DNA from: Desulfobacterales bacterium
GTDB taxonomy: Bacteria; Desulfobacterota; Desulfobacteria; Desulfobacterales; UBA5616
Direction: 5' to 3'
DNA: 64,000 bases
Assembly: GCA_046483495.1 (NCBI GenBank)
Contig: JAWODC010000092.1
Coordinates: forward strand, 128,153-192,152
The translations under genes and the position numbers were made by a program. Positions 55,659-64,000 of this stretch are shown piece by piece. Below the pieces are notes generated by a model that was given only the letters and a program-made list of their open reading frames with translations, ran no database searches and had not been told where the DNA came from. How positions within the stretch are numbered: position 1 is the first letter of the stretch; each line of letters begins with the position of its first letter.

Positions 55659-56471
55659 ATGCAGGTAAATGATAAAGTGATCGTCGTGACCGGCGGCGCA
55701 AACGGGATCGGCGAGTCCCTCTGCCGGCGATTCGTTAAAGAAGGTGCACGTGCGGTTGTGGCCGCCGACCTCGACGAGGAACGGGTGAAAGCCCTGGCGG
55801 ATGAATTGGGCATCCTGGGGATGAAAACGGACGTGGCCGACGAGTCGGACATCGTTCACCTGGTTCAAACAACCGAAAAACAGTTCGGTCCGATCGACCT
55901 TTTTTGTTCGAACGCCGGCATCACTTCATCCGACGCGCCCGGTTGGACCGCCGCTTCCGCAGAGAACGAAATCTGGCAAAAATCCTGGGAAATTCATGTC
56001 ATGGCCCATGTCTACGCCGCAAGGGCGGTGCTGCCGGGAATGATTGCACGGAAGAGCGGATATCTTCTGAATACATCTTCGGCAGCCGGTCTTCTCAACC
56101 AGATCGGAAGTGCTCCATATTCTACGACCAAGCATGCCGCTATCGGTTTTGCCGAAGCGTTGGCCATCACCCATGGGGATGACGGCATCAAGGTCTCGGT
56201 GCTGTGCCCCCAAGCGGTCCGGACCCGCATGATTGCGGGCGCCGAGGAAGGGTCGGCCGCGGTAGACGGCATTCTGGAGCCCGAAGAGGTGGCCGATTGC
56301 GTGATTCGGGGGCTTGCTGAAGAAACGTTTCTCATTCTGCCCCATCCGGAGGTGAAAACGTACTACCAGCGAAAAGCCTCCGACTACGATCGCTGGATCA
56401 ACGGAATGCTTCGGTTTGCCCGAAAAATCCTTCCCTACATGAAAGGGCGCAGCGAAAACACGCGTGAATAG
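55659..56471 (+). CDS. Short-chain dehydrogenase/reductase (classical SDR)
   Basis: VIVVTGGANGIGESL (TGxxxGIG), NAGI and the catalytic YSTTKHA (YxxxK) are present. ATG 55659 lies 6 nt after AAAGGAG. Confidence 0.85.
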   Translation: MQVNDKVIVVTGGANGIGESLCRRFVKEGARAVVAADLDEERVKALADELGILGMKTDVADESDIVHLVQTTEKQFGPIDLFCSNAGITSSDAPGWTAASAENEIWQKSWEIHVMAHVYAARAVLPGMIARKSGYLLNTSSAAGLLNQIGSAPYSTTKHAAIGFAEALAITHGDDGIKVSVLCPQAVRTRMIAGAEEGSAAVDGILEPEEVADCVIRGLAEETFLILPHPEVKTYYQRKASDYDRWINGMLRFARKILPYMKGRSENTRE

Positions 56472-56559
56472 GCTCCATCAGTAAACGGGAAAATTCGATC
56501 CCGATCATGCTGAAAAAAAATAGAACCAATGGTGCCGTAACGCCCCATGAGGGCTGAAT

Positions 56560-57363
56560 TTATCTGCGAACCAGGTTTTCCAGCTTTTTTCTGCCATCGG
56601 CACTCAATCCCAGGAGGTCGATTTCGCGCGACAACTGATCGGCGGTTCCGTTTCCGCCCGCATATCCGTTGAGGTGCGCCACGGCCGTAGAGTCAATAAA
56701 ATCCATATGATCCGGATAGATATTCGCCATTTCGCTATGCAGGACGCGATGGGATTTCAGCAGGTACTTTTGGTGATAATCCTCGGCCGTCGTAAATGAG
56801 CGGACCGGCAGCACCTCGGTTTTTACGGCACGGCCGAAGTCGTTTTCAACGCCGGTCTTGGAGGCCAGTGCCTGCCGGCGCTGCTCTTCAGTGTGATGGA
56901 AGACAGCCCGCCTATACTGCGGCGAACGGTGCTGCCGGTTCGGATTGTGGCTTTTCCAGAAAATGTCCAGTAGTTGGTCATAACTGATGCGCTGAGGATT
57001 ATAGTCCACCTGAACGGTTTCGGTATGGTCCCCCATATGGTAATACGTCGGCGAATCGATCGAGCCGCCGGCATAGCCCACACGTGTTCTCACGACCCCC
57101 TCGATGATCCCGAACCGGGATTCGATTCCCCAGAATCAACCAAGGCCGAAATAGGCCGTTTCAAGGACCTGAGGTACGGCCGCATCGATTGGTGGAAGCT
57201 TCGCCGACTCGGTTTCGAGACGATATGCAAGGTTCATGGAACGCTCCTTTTCATCAAAAGCAAGATCCGCCTGTGCCGTTGTCGGCGTTACGGCAACGAG
57301 CAGCGTCGATATGATGCCGAATAATAACCCCATAAGGTCATGTGCAACGTTTCTTCGTGTCAT
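56560..57363 (-). CDS. msrA: Exported peptide-methionine (S)-S-oxide reductase MsrA with in-frame UGA (predicted selenocysteine) at 57136-57138
   Basis: Track ORFs 57136..57369 and 56560..57093 share one frame and are separated only by TGA. The joined sequence ...ETAYFGLG-U-FWGIESRFGIIEGVVRTRVGYAGG matches the MsrA motif G-C-F-W-G..E..F....GV..T.VGYAGG, with U at the catalytic Cys. The N-terminal signal MTRRNVAHDLMGLLFGIISTLLVAVTPTTAQA is present. ATG 57361-57363 overlaps the receiver-gene stop (ATGA); GTG 57369 is the alternative start. Confidence 0.8.
57101..57125 (-). promoter_or_regulatory. Candidate SECIS hairpin downstream of UGA 57136-57138
   Basis: Minus-strand RNA: UCGA-AUCCCG-GUU-CGGGAU-CA-UCGA. 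The upper stem is 6 bp with a GUU apex (or 5 bp with a GGUUC loop), there is a 2-nt bulge, and the lower stem is 4 bp. It begins 10 nt after the UGA. Confidence 0.55.
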
Positions 57364-57830
57364 CTGCACGTCTTTCTTTTGCTGCTTATATCGGAAAGGT
57401 TCGATTGCACCTTTTGTGCAAATTCGATCAACTCATTGAAGCTGCCCGGTTTGGTGACAAAATCCGAGACGCCGAGTTCGGAACAGTACATCCGGTCCTG
57501 TGGTGAATCCGACGTTGTCAATACGATGACGTCCAAATCCTGAAATTCCGGGATCGTTCGGATTTCTTTCAGCGCTTCCCGGCCGTCTTTTCGAGGCATG
57601 TTCAGATCGAGTAAAATGCACAGCGGTTTCGGATGCGAGCCGGTCCCGTTGTTTTTCAAATAGAGATCAAGCCGGTCCACCAACTCTTCACCGTCACCCA
57701 CGAAATGCAGTTCCACGGAAAGCCCGCTCTCCGCGAAAGCCTCCTTGATCAATAATTGATCGTCCGGATCATCTTCAGCGACTAATATCGGATACCGGCC
57801 GAAATCAATGTGTCGTTTTTCCCGGTTCAT
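57360..57830 (-). CDS. Stand-alone response-regulator receiver protein (CheY-like, no output domain)
   Basis: ILVAEDDPDDQLLIKEAF, ILLDLNMPRKDG (phospho-acceptor Asp) and VIVLTTS...KP are present. ATG 57828-57830 overlaps the kinase stop (ATGA). Confidence 0.85.
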   Translation of the reverse strand: MNREKRHIDFGRYPILVAEDDPDDQLLIKEAFAESGLSVELHFVGDGEELVDRLDLYLKNNGTGSHPKPLCILLDLNMPRKDGREALKEIRTIPEFQDLDVIVLTTSDSPQDRMYCSELGVSDFVTKPGSFNELIEFAQKVQSNLSDISSKRKTCR

Positions 57831-59497
57831 TTGTTTTGCCTCCTGGGCAATGTTACGATAAACCGTGCACCTTCTCCAGGCCTGCTTTGGGCCGTGATGG
57901 TACCATTGTGGCGTTCGGCGATCCTTTTGCAAATCGCCAGTCCCATGCCGGTGCCTTCATACTCGCTGCGTCCGTGAAGCCGTTCAAAGGGCAGAAATAT
58001 TCTGTCGAGATATTGCATGTCGAAACCGATGCCGTTATCTTCCACACACAATTGGCAATGTTTGTTCTTGTTTTTTGCCGTACACGAAATTTTGATGTTC
58101 GGCCCCTTGTCTTTTTTGGAATACCTGACCCCATTTGCAATCAGGTTTTGCAGAAGTTGGGCAATTTGAACGCGGTCTGCTTCTATTTCGGGCAGGTCAC
58201 CGATTTCGACAACCGATTTTGTGAAATCATACGGCAACGCCAAATCGTTGACCACTTCTGATGCAATCGTTTTCAAATCAATGCGTTCAAAAGGATTGGG
58301 CTTCGTGCTGATACGGGAATATGCGAGCAATGCCCTTATCAAGTTCTGCATTCGTTCGGCTGATTTTACCATGCGTAATAGATAATCCCTGGCGGTTTCG
58401 GGCAATTCCTCGGCAAATTTGTATTCGAGCAGGTTGCCGAAGGACTGGATCTTGCGCAGGGGTTCCTGCAGGTCATGGGAAGTGATGGAGGCAAAATTCT
58501 GCAAGTCCCGGTTCCGTGCTTCAAGCAGATCGATATAGTGATCGATTTCTCTTTCGGCTGCCTTGCGATCTGCGATGTCGATACCGATGCCGATATATGT
58601 TCCATCCGAAAGCCGAATATTCGCCCAGGAGCTTTCCAGCGTCTTGCCCTCTGCAACATGCATGGTGATATCTTTCCAGCCGGGCGCTGCAGCCGCCATA
58701 AAGTCCCATACTTCCCGGCGATACTGCTCGTCAGGGTAGCAGTATTTCATAATATCGATATTCCGTGCTTCTTCGAGGCTCAGGCCGAGCACGCGCTCCG
58801 CTTCGGGATTGATGAAGCTCAAATCGCCGTTGGAATCGTAAAAAACGATCATCACCGGTATATTGTCGATGATTTTTTCGGTTTTTTCTTTTCGGGCCGC
58901 CAGTTCCGCCCTATTTTTTCTAACATCTTTTTGAAGCTCGGCGCGGGACCTGCGAAGTTCCTCCTCCATTTCTTTGGTCTCGGAAATATCCGTCAATGCC
59001 AGGTGGAACCGAACCAATCGACCATCATCAAAATGGGCGCCGATATAAAGACGGACATACAGCACCGCATTCCGGTCCCTCACAATCCGGAGTTCGATCG
59101 ATTCTCTGGCCCCGTTTTTTTTCGAACGGGCGATCTTGTCGATGGCGTGTAAAAACGCCGGCAGGTCTTCCGAAAAGATCAGAACTGAAAATTTCAGTCC
59201 CCTTAGCCGCCGCTCCGGAAGATGAAGAATATCCAGGGCGGCGGCATTGAGCCGCTGTATCACCCCTTTTTCATCCAGGGTGATAAATCCCACGGGAGTG
59301 AACTGGTACAGCTCGGCATAGTCATTGCGGGATGATTCCAGATTTCGAAGAGCGATTTGAAGCTCCTCTTTTTGCTGATCGAGCTCTATCTGATATACCT
59401 CGTGATCATTGGAAACGTCATCGGTTTTTTCTCCGCTCCGGTCAGGAATTGGGTCAGCCATTTTCCGCAACTCGGCATTGCGACGATTTGCGGTCAT
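57827..59497 (-). CDS. PAS-domain sensor histidine kinase (cytoplasmic)
   Basis: An N-terminal coiled-coil is followed by two PAS-like regions, the H-box ITSHDLQEPLRKI, the N-box NLIANGVRYS and the G-boxes DNGIGF/GTGMGLAICK. Start ATG 59495-59497 follows AAGGAGG. Confidence 0.85.
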   Translation of the reverse strand: MTANRRNAELRKMADPIPDRSGEKTDDVSNDHEVYQIELDQQKEELQIALRNLESSRNDYAELYQFTPVGFITLDEKGVIQRLNAAALDILHLPERRLRGLKFSVLIFSEDLPAFLHAIDKIARSKKNGARESIELRIVRDRNAVLYVRLYIGAHFDDGRLVRFHLALTDISETKEMEEELRRSRAELQKDVRKNRAELAARKEKTEKIIDNIPVMIVFYDSNGDLSFINPEAERVLGLSLEEARNIDIMKYCYPDEQYRREVWDFMAAAAPGWKDITMHVAEGKTLESSWANIRLSDGTYIGIGIDIADRKAAEREIDHYIDLLEARNRDLQNFASITSHDLQEPLRKIQSFGNLLEYKFAEELPETARDYLLRMVKSAERMQNLIRALLAYSRISTKPNPFERIDLKTIASEVVNDLALPYDFTKSVVEIGDLPEIEADRVQIAQLLQNLIANGVRYSKKDKGPNIKISCTAKNKNKHCQLCVEDNGIGFDMQYLDRIFLPFERLHGRSEYEGTGMGLAICKRIAERHNGTITAQSRPGEGARFIVTLPRRQNK

Positions 59498-59561
59498 TTT
59501 CCTCCTTATTGAGTGTTGTATTATGAAATACGGGTTCTCCGCTGCTGGTTGATGCCGCAAT

Positions 59562-60461
59562 TCATTCTATACATTTTTTTTGTTTTGCCGTGAACGCCAT
59601 CATGCGTTCTATGATCTGAAACCAGGGACCGTCGTGGGGCACATCATGGCCCATGCCGTCGATGATCATAAGTTCGGCATCCGGAATGGCGGCTGCAATA
59701 TCATGGCTCGCATCCACCGGTACGATGGGGTCCTCGGTGCCGTGGATGACAAGCGCGGGCACCGTTACCGAGGCCAAAGCCGCCTTTCGGCTGCCTGCCG
59801 TTATGACCGCTGCCAGATTTCGTGACGTTCCCTCGGGATAATAGCCCCGGTCAAACGCCCGAGCGGCCAAATCGCGGTGCCACGGCTCATCGAATGGAAA
59901 ACCGGAGCCCGCCAGGATCTTGAAATCACGCACAAGCCTCTCGACAAAGGCGTCTTTTTCGTCGGGAATCGGTTCGAAAAAGATGTTCATCGCTTCGGGA
60001 TCGGGGCCGGGAAGACCGGGGTCGCCGGATGATCCGTAAATCGGAATCAGGCTCAATGTTCTTGCCGGATACCGAACCGCGAAATCCATAGCGATGTTCG
60101 CTCCCATGGACATCCCGCAAATATGAGCCTTTTCGATACCCAGTGCATCCAGAAGACCGGCGGCATCATCCACCATATCATTCAACGTATAGGCCGTATT
60201 CGCGGATTTGCCCTGCATCAGGGCCTTCATGATCGCCTCCATATCCGGTTCACCCGCGTCGTCGAACCGTGTCGACAGGCCGGTGTCTCGGTTGTCATAG
60301 CGAATCACGAAAAGGCCGCTTTCCGCCAGCCTTCTGCAAAGCGGCTCGTCCCAGTATATCAACTGGCATCCGAGACCGATGGTCAGCAGCAGTGCGGGAT
60401 CGGATGGGGCTCCATAGGTTTCATATTCGATACGAATACCGTTGACCCTTGTGTTTGGCAT
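59562..60461 (-). CDS. Alpha/beta-fold hydrolase
   Basis: 299 aa. The nucleophile elbow HICGMSMGANIA (GxSxG), the C-terminal GMGHDVPH (catalytic His region) and the N-terminal LLLTIGLG oxyanion region are present. Confidence 0.8.
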   Translation of the reverse strand: MPNTRVNGIRIEYETYGAPSDPALLLTIGLGCQLIYWDEPLCRRLAESGLFVIRYDNRDTGLSTRFDDAGEPDMEAIMKALMQGKSANTAYTLNDMVDDAAGLLDALGIEKAHICGMSMGANIAMDFAVRYPARTLSLIPIYGSSGDPGLPGPDPEAMNIFFEPIPDEKDAFVERLVRDFKILAGSGFPFDEPWHRDLAARAFDRGYYPEGTSRNLAAVITAGSRKAALASVTVPALVIHGTEDPIVPVDASHDIAAAIPDAELMIIDGMGHDVPHDGPWFQIIERMMAFTAKQKKCIE

Positions 60462-60775
60462 AGGTTTCTCCTTTTGTTTACTTGTTTTAACCCAATAAAG
60501 AAGAGACAGTCAATAATGAACGGCCGCATTCGGGATCTTGGACCTGATTGATGGTTTTGAAACCACTCAATCCATTTCTGAATGGGCACCGGTAAAAATT
60601 GCTGGAACCGAATGGAAAATAGGTTTAATGGATGAAAAGCGGCCTAAACGGCTCGGACGGCATCCGGCGCCGGATAGCGGCCGTCCGCCCTTCGGCGGGA
60701 AAGCCGAAAATGAATTGAAACATGGATTGCGAATGGTCCGCGAGTTCGTTTGAAGGCATTCGAGAAAGGTTGAAT

Positions 60776-61189
60776 ATGGCGATTTGCATGGAACCCATCG
60801 GCGTTGTCCATACGGATTCGAGCCGTGTTCCCCGGCATTGGACATTATCCGATGTCAAGGGAACGCTTGTCATCGATGAGAAATACCGCGAAGGAATGAA
60901 AGACATCGAGGTCGGCCAACGGATCGTGGTTATTTTCTATTTCCACAAAAGTCCGAAGTTTATACCTGAAATGCTTGCCCAGCAGCCGCCGCACCGCGAT
61001 CGAAAGCTGGGGGTGTTCAGCATTTGTTCACCCCAAAGGCCGAATCCGGTGGGAATGTCGATTGTGGATGTGCTTGACGTGGAAGAAAACAGGATCCATG
61101 TGCAGGGGCTCGATATGTTCGACGGCACTCCGATTCTGGATCTGAAGCCGTTTGTAACCGGGAAGCACGATTGCCCAAGCCATGGATGA
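60776..61189 (+). CDS. trmO: TsaA/TrmO-family tRNA (m6t6A37) methyltransferase-like protein (YaeB/UPF0066)
   Basis: MEPIGVVHTD...GVFSICSPQRPNPVGMSIVDVLDVEENRIHVQGLDMFDGTPILDLKPF is the TsaA-like beta-barrel domain. The start was chosen at ATG 60776. Confidence 0.8.
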   Translation: MAICMEPIGVVHTDSSRVPRHWTLSDVKGTLVIDEKYREGMKDIEVGQRIVVIFYFHKSPKFIPEMLAQQPPHRDRKLGVFSICSPQRPNPVGMSIVDVLDVEENRIHVQGLDMFDGTPILDLKPFVTGKHDCPSHG

Positions 61190-61386
61190 AAAGCTCCTGC
61201 CTGCACATCGACTTCGATAAATCACCGGTTGACCCGGTTGCTTCCGATATTTACAGGTGGATCTTGGAAAGGGACATCGCGAAGCTCAATGTCGCCGGCC
61301 CCAGAGCATCCACGGATCCACGCATTAACGAAGCGGTCAGGCACACTATAGAGGAGGTCATCCGCTTATCGCAATCGGGATCATGA
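61171..61386 (+). pseudogene. Possible remnant of a 'putative molybdenum carrier'/YpsA-like (SLOG-type) gene, C-terminal third only
   Basis: A 71-aa ORF overlaps the trmO 3' end. ...IAKLNVAGPRASTDPRINEAVRHTIEEVI resembles the conserved LN(V/I)AGPRES..PGI C-terminus of that family. The N-terminal two-thirds of the family domain is absent. Confidence 0.3.
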
Positions 61387-61498
61387 GTGGGGCGGCTTCC
61401 GAGCGGACGCCGCGCAGACGAACCCCGCCTTGATGTTTTCAACGCCATTTATTTCCTGGATACCCTGCCATCGGGCATATACCGCCGGGCAACATGCG

Positions 61499-62221
61499 TC
61501 ATGTGGGCGGTTCGGCACCCGTGGACATCGCCTCGTGAACGTGGGACGCATCATTGAACCGCCGCACACGGATCATGCCTTCATGAATGACGATGTGGCT
61601 GATGGAGGCGTTGTCGGCTCCCAGAAAGGCGAAGGGGCGGGCGCCGGTCGCGTGGGCCATGATGCGGCCGATCACACCGCCGTGCACCACGGCGACCACC
61701 ATCCGGTCCGGATGATTATCGGCGATATGATGGACTCCCCGCTGAATGCGCTCGTCGAAGACCTCCGGGGGTTCGGCACCGGGAATAATGTCCCAGCGCT
61801 CCTCAAGCATCATTCGAACATACAGGGGATCGTTTTGGGCGGCCTTGATGCGAAAAAGGCCGCCTTCCCAGTCTCCGAGAAACACTTCGTGCAGGTTCGG
61901 CTCGACAATGGGATTCAAACCCAGGTATCGGCAGAGGGGTGCCGCTGTTTCCTGGGTGCGCCTGAGTTTGGTGACATAAACGGCCTCGATCGGCAGGTGC
62001 CTCAATCGTTCGCCTACGAGCACCGCCTGCCGTCGGCCTTCCTCCGACAGTTCCGGGTCGCCATGGCCGTCGACCAGTGGGAATGGATTCCCAGGTCTTG
62101 CGGCACGTGATTCGCCATGACGCACCAACAGTATTTCCGCGGCACCTGCCGGCCGCTCGAAGCGCGCCTGTGGATATTCTTTTTCCGTCACGGGTTCCTC
62201 TTGCACATGTGGAATAGGCAT
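61499..62221 (-). CDS. Histidine phosphatase (phosphoglycerate-mutase-like) family protein
   Basis: ILLVRHGESRA carries the RHG catalytic motif, followed by PELSEEGRRQA and VVAVVHGGVI. The start was chosen at Met 62221; the track ORF starts at 62341. Confidence 0.75.
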   Translation of the reverse strand: MPIPHVQEEPVTEKEYPQARFERPAGAAEILLVRHGESRAARPGNPFPLVDGHGDPELSEEGRRQAVLVGERLRHLPIEAVYVTKLRRTQETAAPLCRYLGLNPIVEPNLHEVFLGDWEGGLFRIKAAQNDPLYVRMMLEERWDIIPGAEPPEVFDERIQRGVHHIADNHPDRMVVAVVHGGVIGRIMAHATGARPFAFLGADNASISHIVIHEGMIRVRRFNDASHVHEAMSTGAEPPT

Positions 62222-62585
62222 CACGGTTTCTATCCTTGATGCGTCACTGTTGTCAACGCAATTATTCAGTGCCCATTCAGAAATGGCTGATTCGCTCCAT
62301 TTCGGCGTTGGCCGGTAAATTTTAATCCTCAAAATACTCAATGTAGTCCTGTGGTTTAAATGTACCGGCCGCCTTGAACGGAATCGAATTTTCTCATTTC
62401 CGGATGGGCAATATTAAAAAAATTCGCTTAGGCGTTTCACCCCGGTTGGCATTTCAGGGTTCGCCTGTCGTTTTGCCTTGCCGCAGATATTGATAATATA
62501 TTCCATTGAAAATTCTGCATAAATAATATATATACCAGAAAATTGTGTATATATTGAGCAAATTATACCTTTTAAGCGCCTGATC

Positions 62586-63614
62586 ATGTCAATCGGAGGC
62601 TGCGTGGAAAGACACGGTTTTGTCGAATCGTTCGAGGGAAAAGATCGCCGGAAAAATTGGCGGCTCAAAAACATCATTGGGCGGGATGTCAAGATGCTCG
62701 ACATCTTCGAAAAAATCGCAGGCGTCGCCGCAACCGACAGCCTTGTCCTGATCACCGGTGAGACCGGGACAGGCAAGGAACTCGCAGCAGAGGCGATTCA
62801 CTTCGAGAGCCCCAGAAAATCCGGCCCCTTAGTGCGGGTCAACTGTGCGGCGTTTACCGAGAGCCTGGTCACCAGTGAACTTTTCGGGCACGAGAAAGGG
62901 TCTTTTTCCGGTGCCATCGCCCTGAAAAAGGGGTGCTTCGAACGGGCCGGAAACGGCAGTATTTTTTTAGACGAAATCGGTGACATTCCTGTTCGAACCC
63001 AGAGCTGCCTGCTGCGGGTCCTGGAATCGCGCACCTTTCAGCGGGTCGGCGGCAGTGAAAGTCTGAACGTCGACGCCCGGATCATTTGCGGCACGAACAA
63101 GAACCTCTGGCATGAAGTCAAGCAGAAGCGCTTCAGGGAAGATCTCTTTTACCGGATCAATGTGGTTCCGATTCACCTGCCGCCCCTGCGGCAGCGAAAA
63201 ACGGACATTCCCCTTCTGGCATCGTACTTTTTGAAACGATACGCCGACCAAAACGGAAAGGAGATTCGCCGCATATCCGGACCGGCCGTCGAGATGCTGC
63301 TCAAACACGATTGGCCGGGAAACGTGAGAGAGCTGGCCAATGCCGTTGAGCAGGCGGTCGTTTTCTGCAAAAAAAGGAAAATCACCCCGGTGGATCTTCC
63401 CCGAAAACTGCATGAAGGCGCTTCATCCAAGCCGTTTGCCCTCACCCTTACGTCCCGGTCGCTTCCGCAGGCGGAAGCCGCCCTGATCGTGAACGTCCTG
63501 GAAGAATTCAACTGGAATCTGAAGCAGGCGGCCGAAAAGCTGGATATCGCCAGGGGCACCCTTTACAGCAAGATCAAAAAACACGGGATAGCAAAACCCT
63601 TTTCCGTTGATTGA
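62586..63614 (+). CDS. Sigma-54-interaction-domain transcriptional activator (AAA+ plus Fis-type HTH), no N-terminal sensory domain
   Basis: Walker A GETGTGKE, ELFGHEKGSFSGA (a variant of GAFTGA), Walker B IFLDEIG, RFREDLFYRINV, and the C-terminal HTH NLKQAAEKLDIARGTLYSKIKK. Only about 35 residues precede the AAA+ core. Confidence 0.85.
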   Translation: MSIGGCVERHGFVESFEGKDRRKNWRLKNIIGRDVKMLDIFEKIAGVAATDSLVLITGETGTGKELAAEAIHFESPRKSGPLVRVNCAAFTESLVTSELFGHEKGSFSGAIALKKGCFERAGNGSIFLDEIGDIPVRTQSCLLRVLESRTFQRVGGSESLNVDARIICGTNKNLWHEVKQKRFREDLFYRINVVPIHLPPLRQRKTDIPLLASYFLKRYADQNGKEIRRISGPAVEMLLKHDWPGNVRELANAVEQAVVFCKKRKITPVDLPRKLHEGASSKPFALTLTSRSLPQAEAALIVNVLEEFNWNLKQAAEKLDIARGTLYSKIKKHGIAKPFSVD

Positions 63615-64000
63615 TATTGAACATGGAAGAAGGGCCGGGGTTCATCCCGGGATATCATCAGGTGTATGCCTCCCGCCAAAAACCGATGCACAACCCCCAT
63701 GCCCGGATTTAAACACCCTTGCCGCTTTTCACGTCCTTTAGCGCGGCAATGCTTCACAGCCCCATCAGCCTTATCCTGAACCCATCTAAATTACCGGCAT
63801 TCCACGATCGACAACGGCAGCCTCGCTGAGAGGTCCTGTTCCGGATTAAGCGCCTATCCCGTTGTTTTGAGCCCGGCCGGTGTCCTGTTTTGAACATGAA
63901 CCCCCTTTGCGGAATAAAACTTGAGTGGATCTCTATGCGGGGAGTCAGTGAATAAGTTCACAAGTACCCGATATTTATAATAAAACCGGTTATACTTGCG

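Noticed and set aside
55285-55701. A 139-codon N-terminal extension of the glycyl radical enzyme ORF (track start at 55701).
   Set aside because: The extension has no GRE similarity. It overlaps the divergent SDR gene start and its promoter-like region. An internal ATG-ATG (55279-55284) with a GGAGG RBS coincides with the family N-terminus.
62446-62465. A sigma-54 promoter-like TTGGCAT...GGTTCGC upstream of the activator gene. Also TGGCACG at about 25563 and TGGCAC at about 46487.
   Set aside because: The GG-to-GC spacing does not fit the -24/-12 geometry at 62446. The other two lie inside coding regions and lack a TTGC element at the right distance.
1-64000. A search for CRISPR arrays, IS/transposase or integrase genes, phage genes, toxin-antitoxin or known defence systems, and rRNA/tRNA genes.
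   Set aside because: No regularly spaced direct repeats, no transposase/integrase/recombinase-like ORFs, no terminal inverted repeats flanking genes, and no cloverleaf-like sequences were seen in the intergenic regions inspected by eye. A tRNAscan/Infernal run would be needed for certainty on small RNAs.

Overview
This is a roughly 55% GC bacterial chromosomal segment with tightly packed genes and many ATGA/TGATG start-stop overlaps. No rRNA, tRNA, CRISPR array, IS element or prophage could be recognised. The gene content (several selenoproteins, a glycyl radical enzyme, TamAB, c-type and P460 cytochromes) suggests an anaerobic Desulfobacterota-like Gram-negative organism; that is inference only.

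Layout:
- 1-17.9 kb: an unusually complete alpha-glucan/trehalose supercluster. It holds a GlgM-like GT4, treY, malQ, GH57, treZ, glgB, a treS-maltokinase fusion, glgE and otsA.
- 18.3-21.3 kb: ZIP and CDF metal transporters, then gap.
- 21.8-29.1 kb: thiol/redox and repair genes.
- 29.6-35.9 kb: tamA/tamB.
- 36-45.9 kb: envelope and stress small-protein genes, an FTR-like protein and a PhoD-like phosphatase.
- 46.3-50.8 kb: a six-gene sulfur operon.
- 50.9-55.3 kb: a secreted repeat protein, a low-GC DUF1329 gene and an orphan glycyl radical enzyme.
- 55.7-63.6 kb: an SDR, a histidine kinase/receiver/msrA operon, a hydrolase, trmO, a histidine phosphatase and a sigma-54-type activator.

The main hidden signal is that the ORF track splits three genes at in-frame TGA codons. 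Each TGA falls exactly on the catalytic or conserved Cys position of its family: CoA-disulfide reductase/NADH oxidase-like at 21943-21945, an exported rhodanese at 50653-50655, and an exported MsrA at 57136-57138. Each is followed within 9-16 nt by a hairpin. I read these as selenocysteine (UGA-Sec) recoding events.

Other points of interest:
- a glycyl radical enzyme with an atypical Cys loop (GCQH) and no activase anywhere in the window
- a thioredoxin-reductase-like flavoprotein lacking the NADPH motifs
- an FTR-like CPC/CPC/CYC protein
- a translationally coupled CDF exporter and ZIP importer
- several unexplained repeats and palindromes
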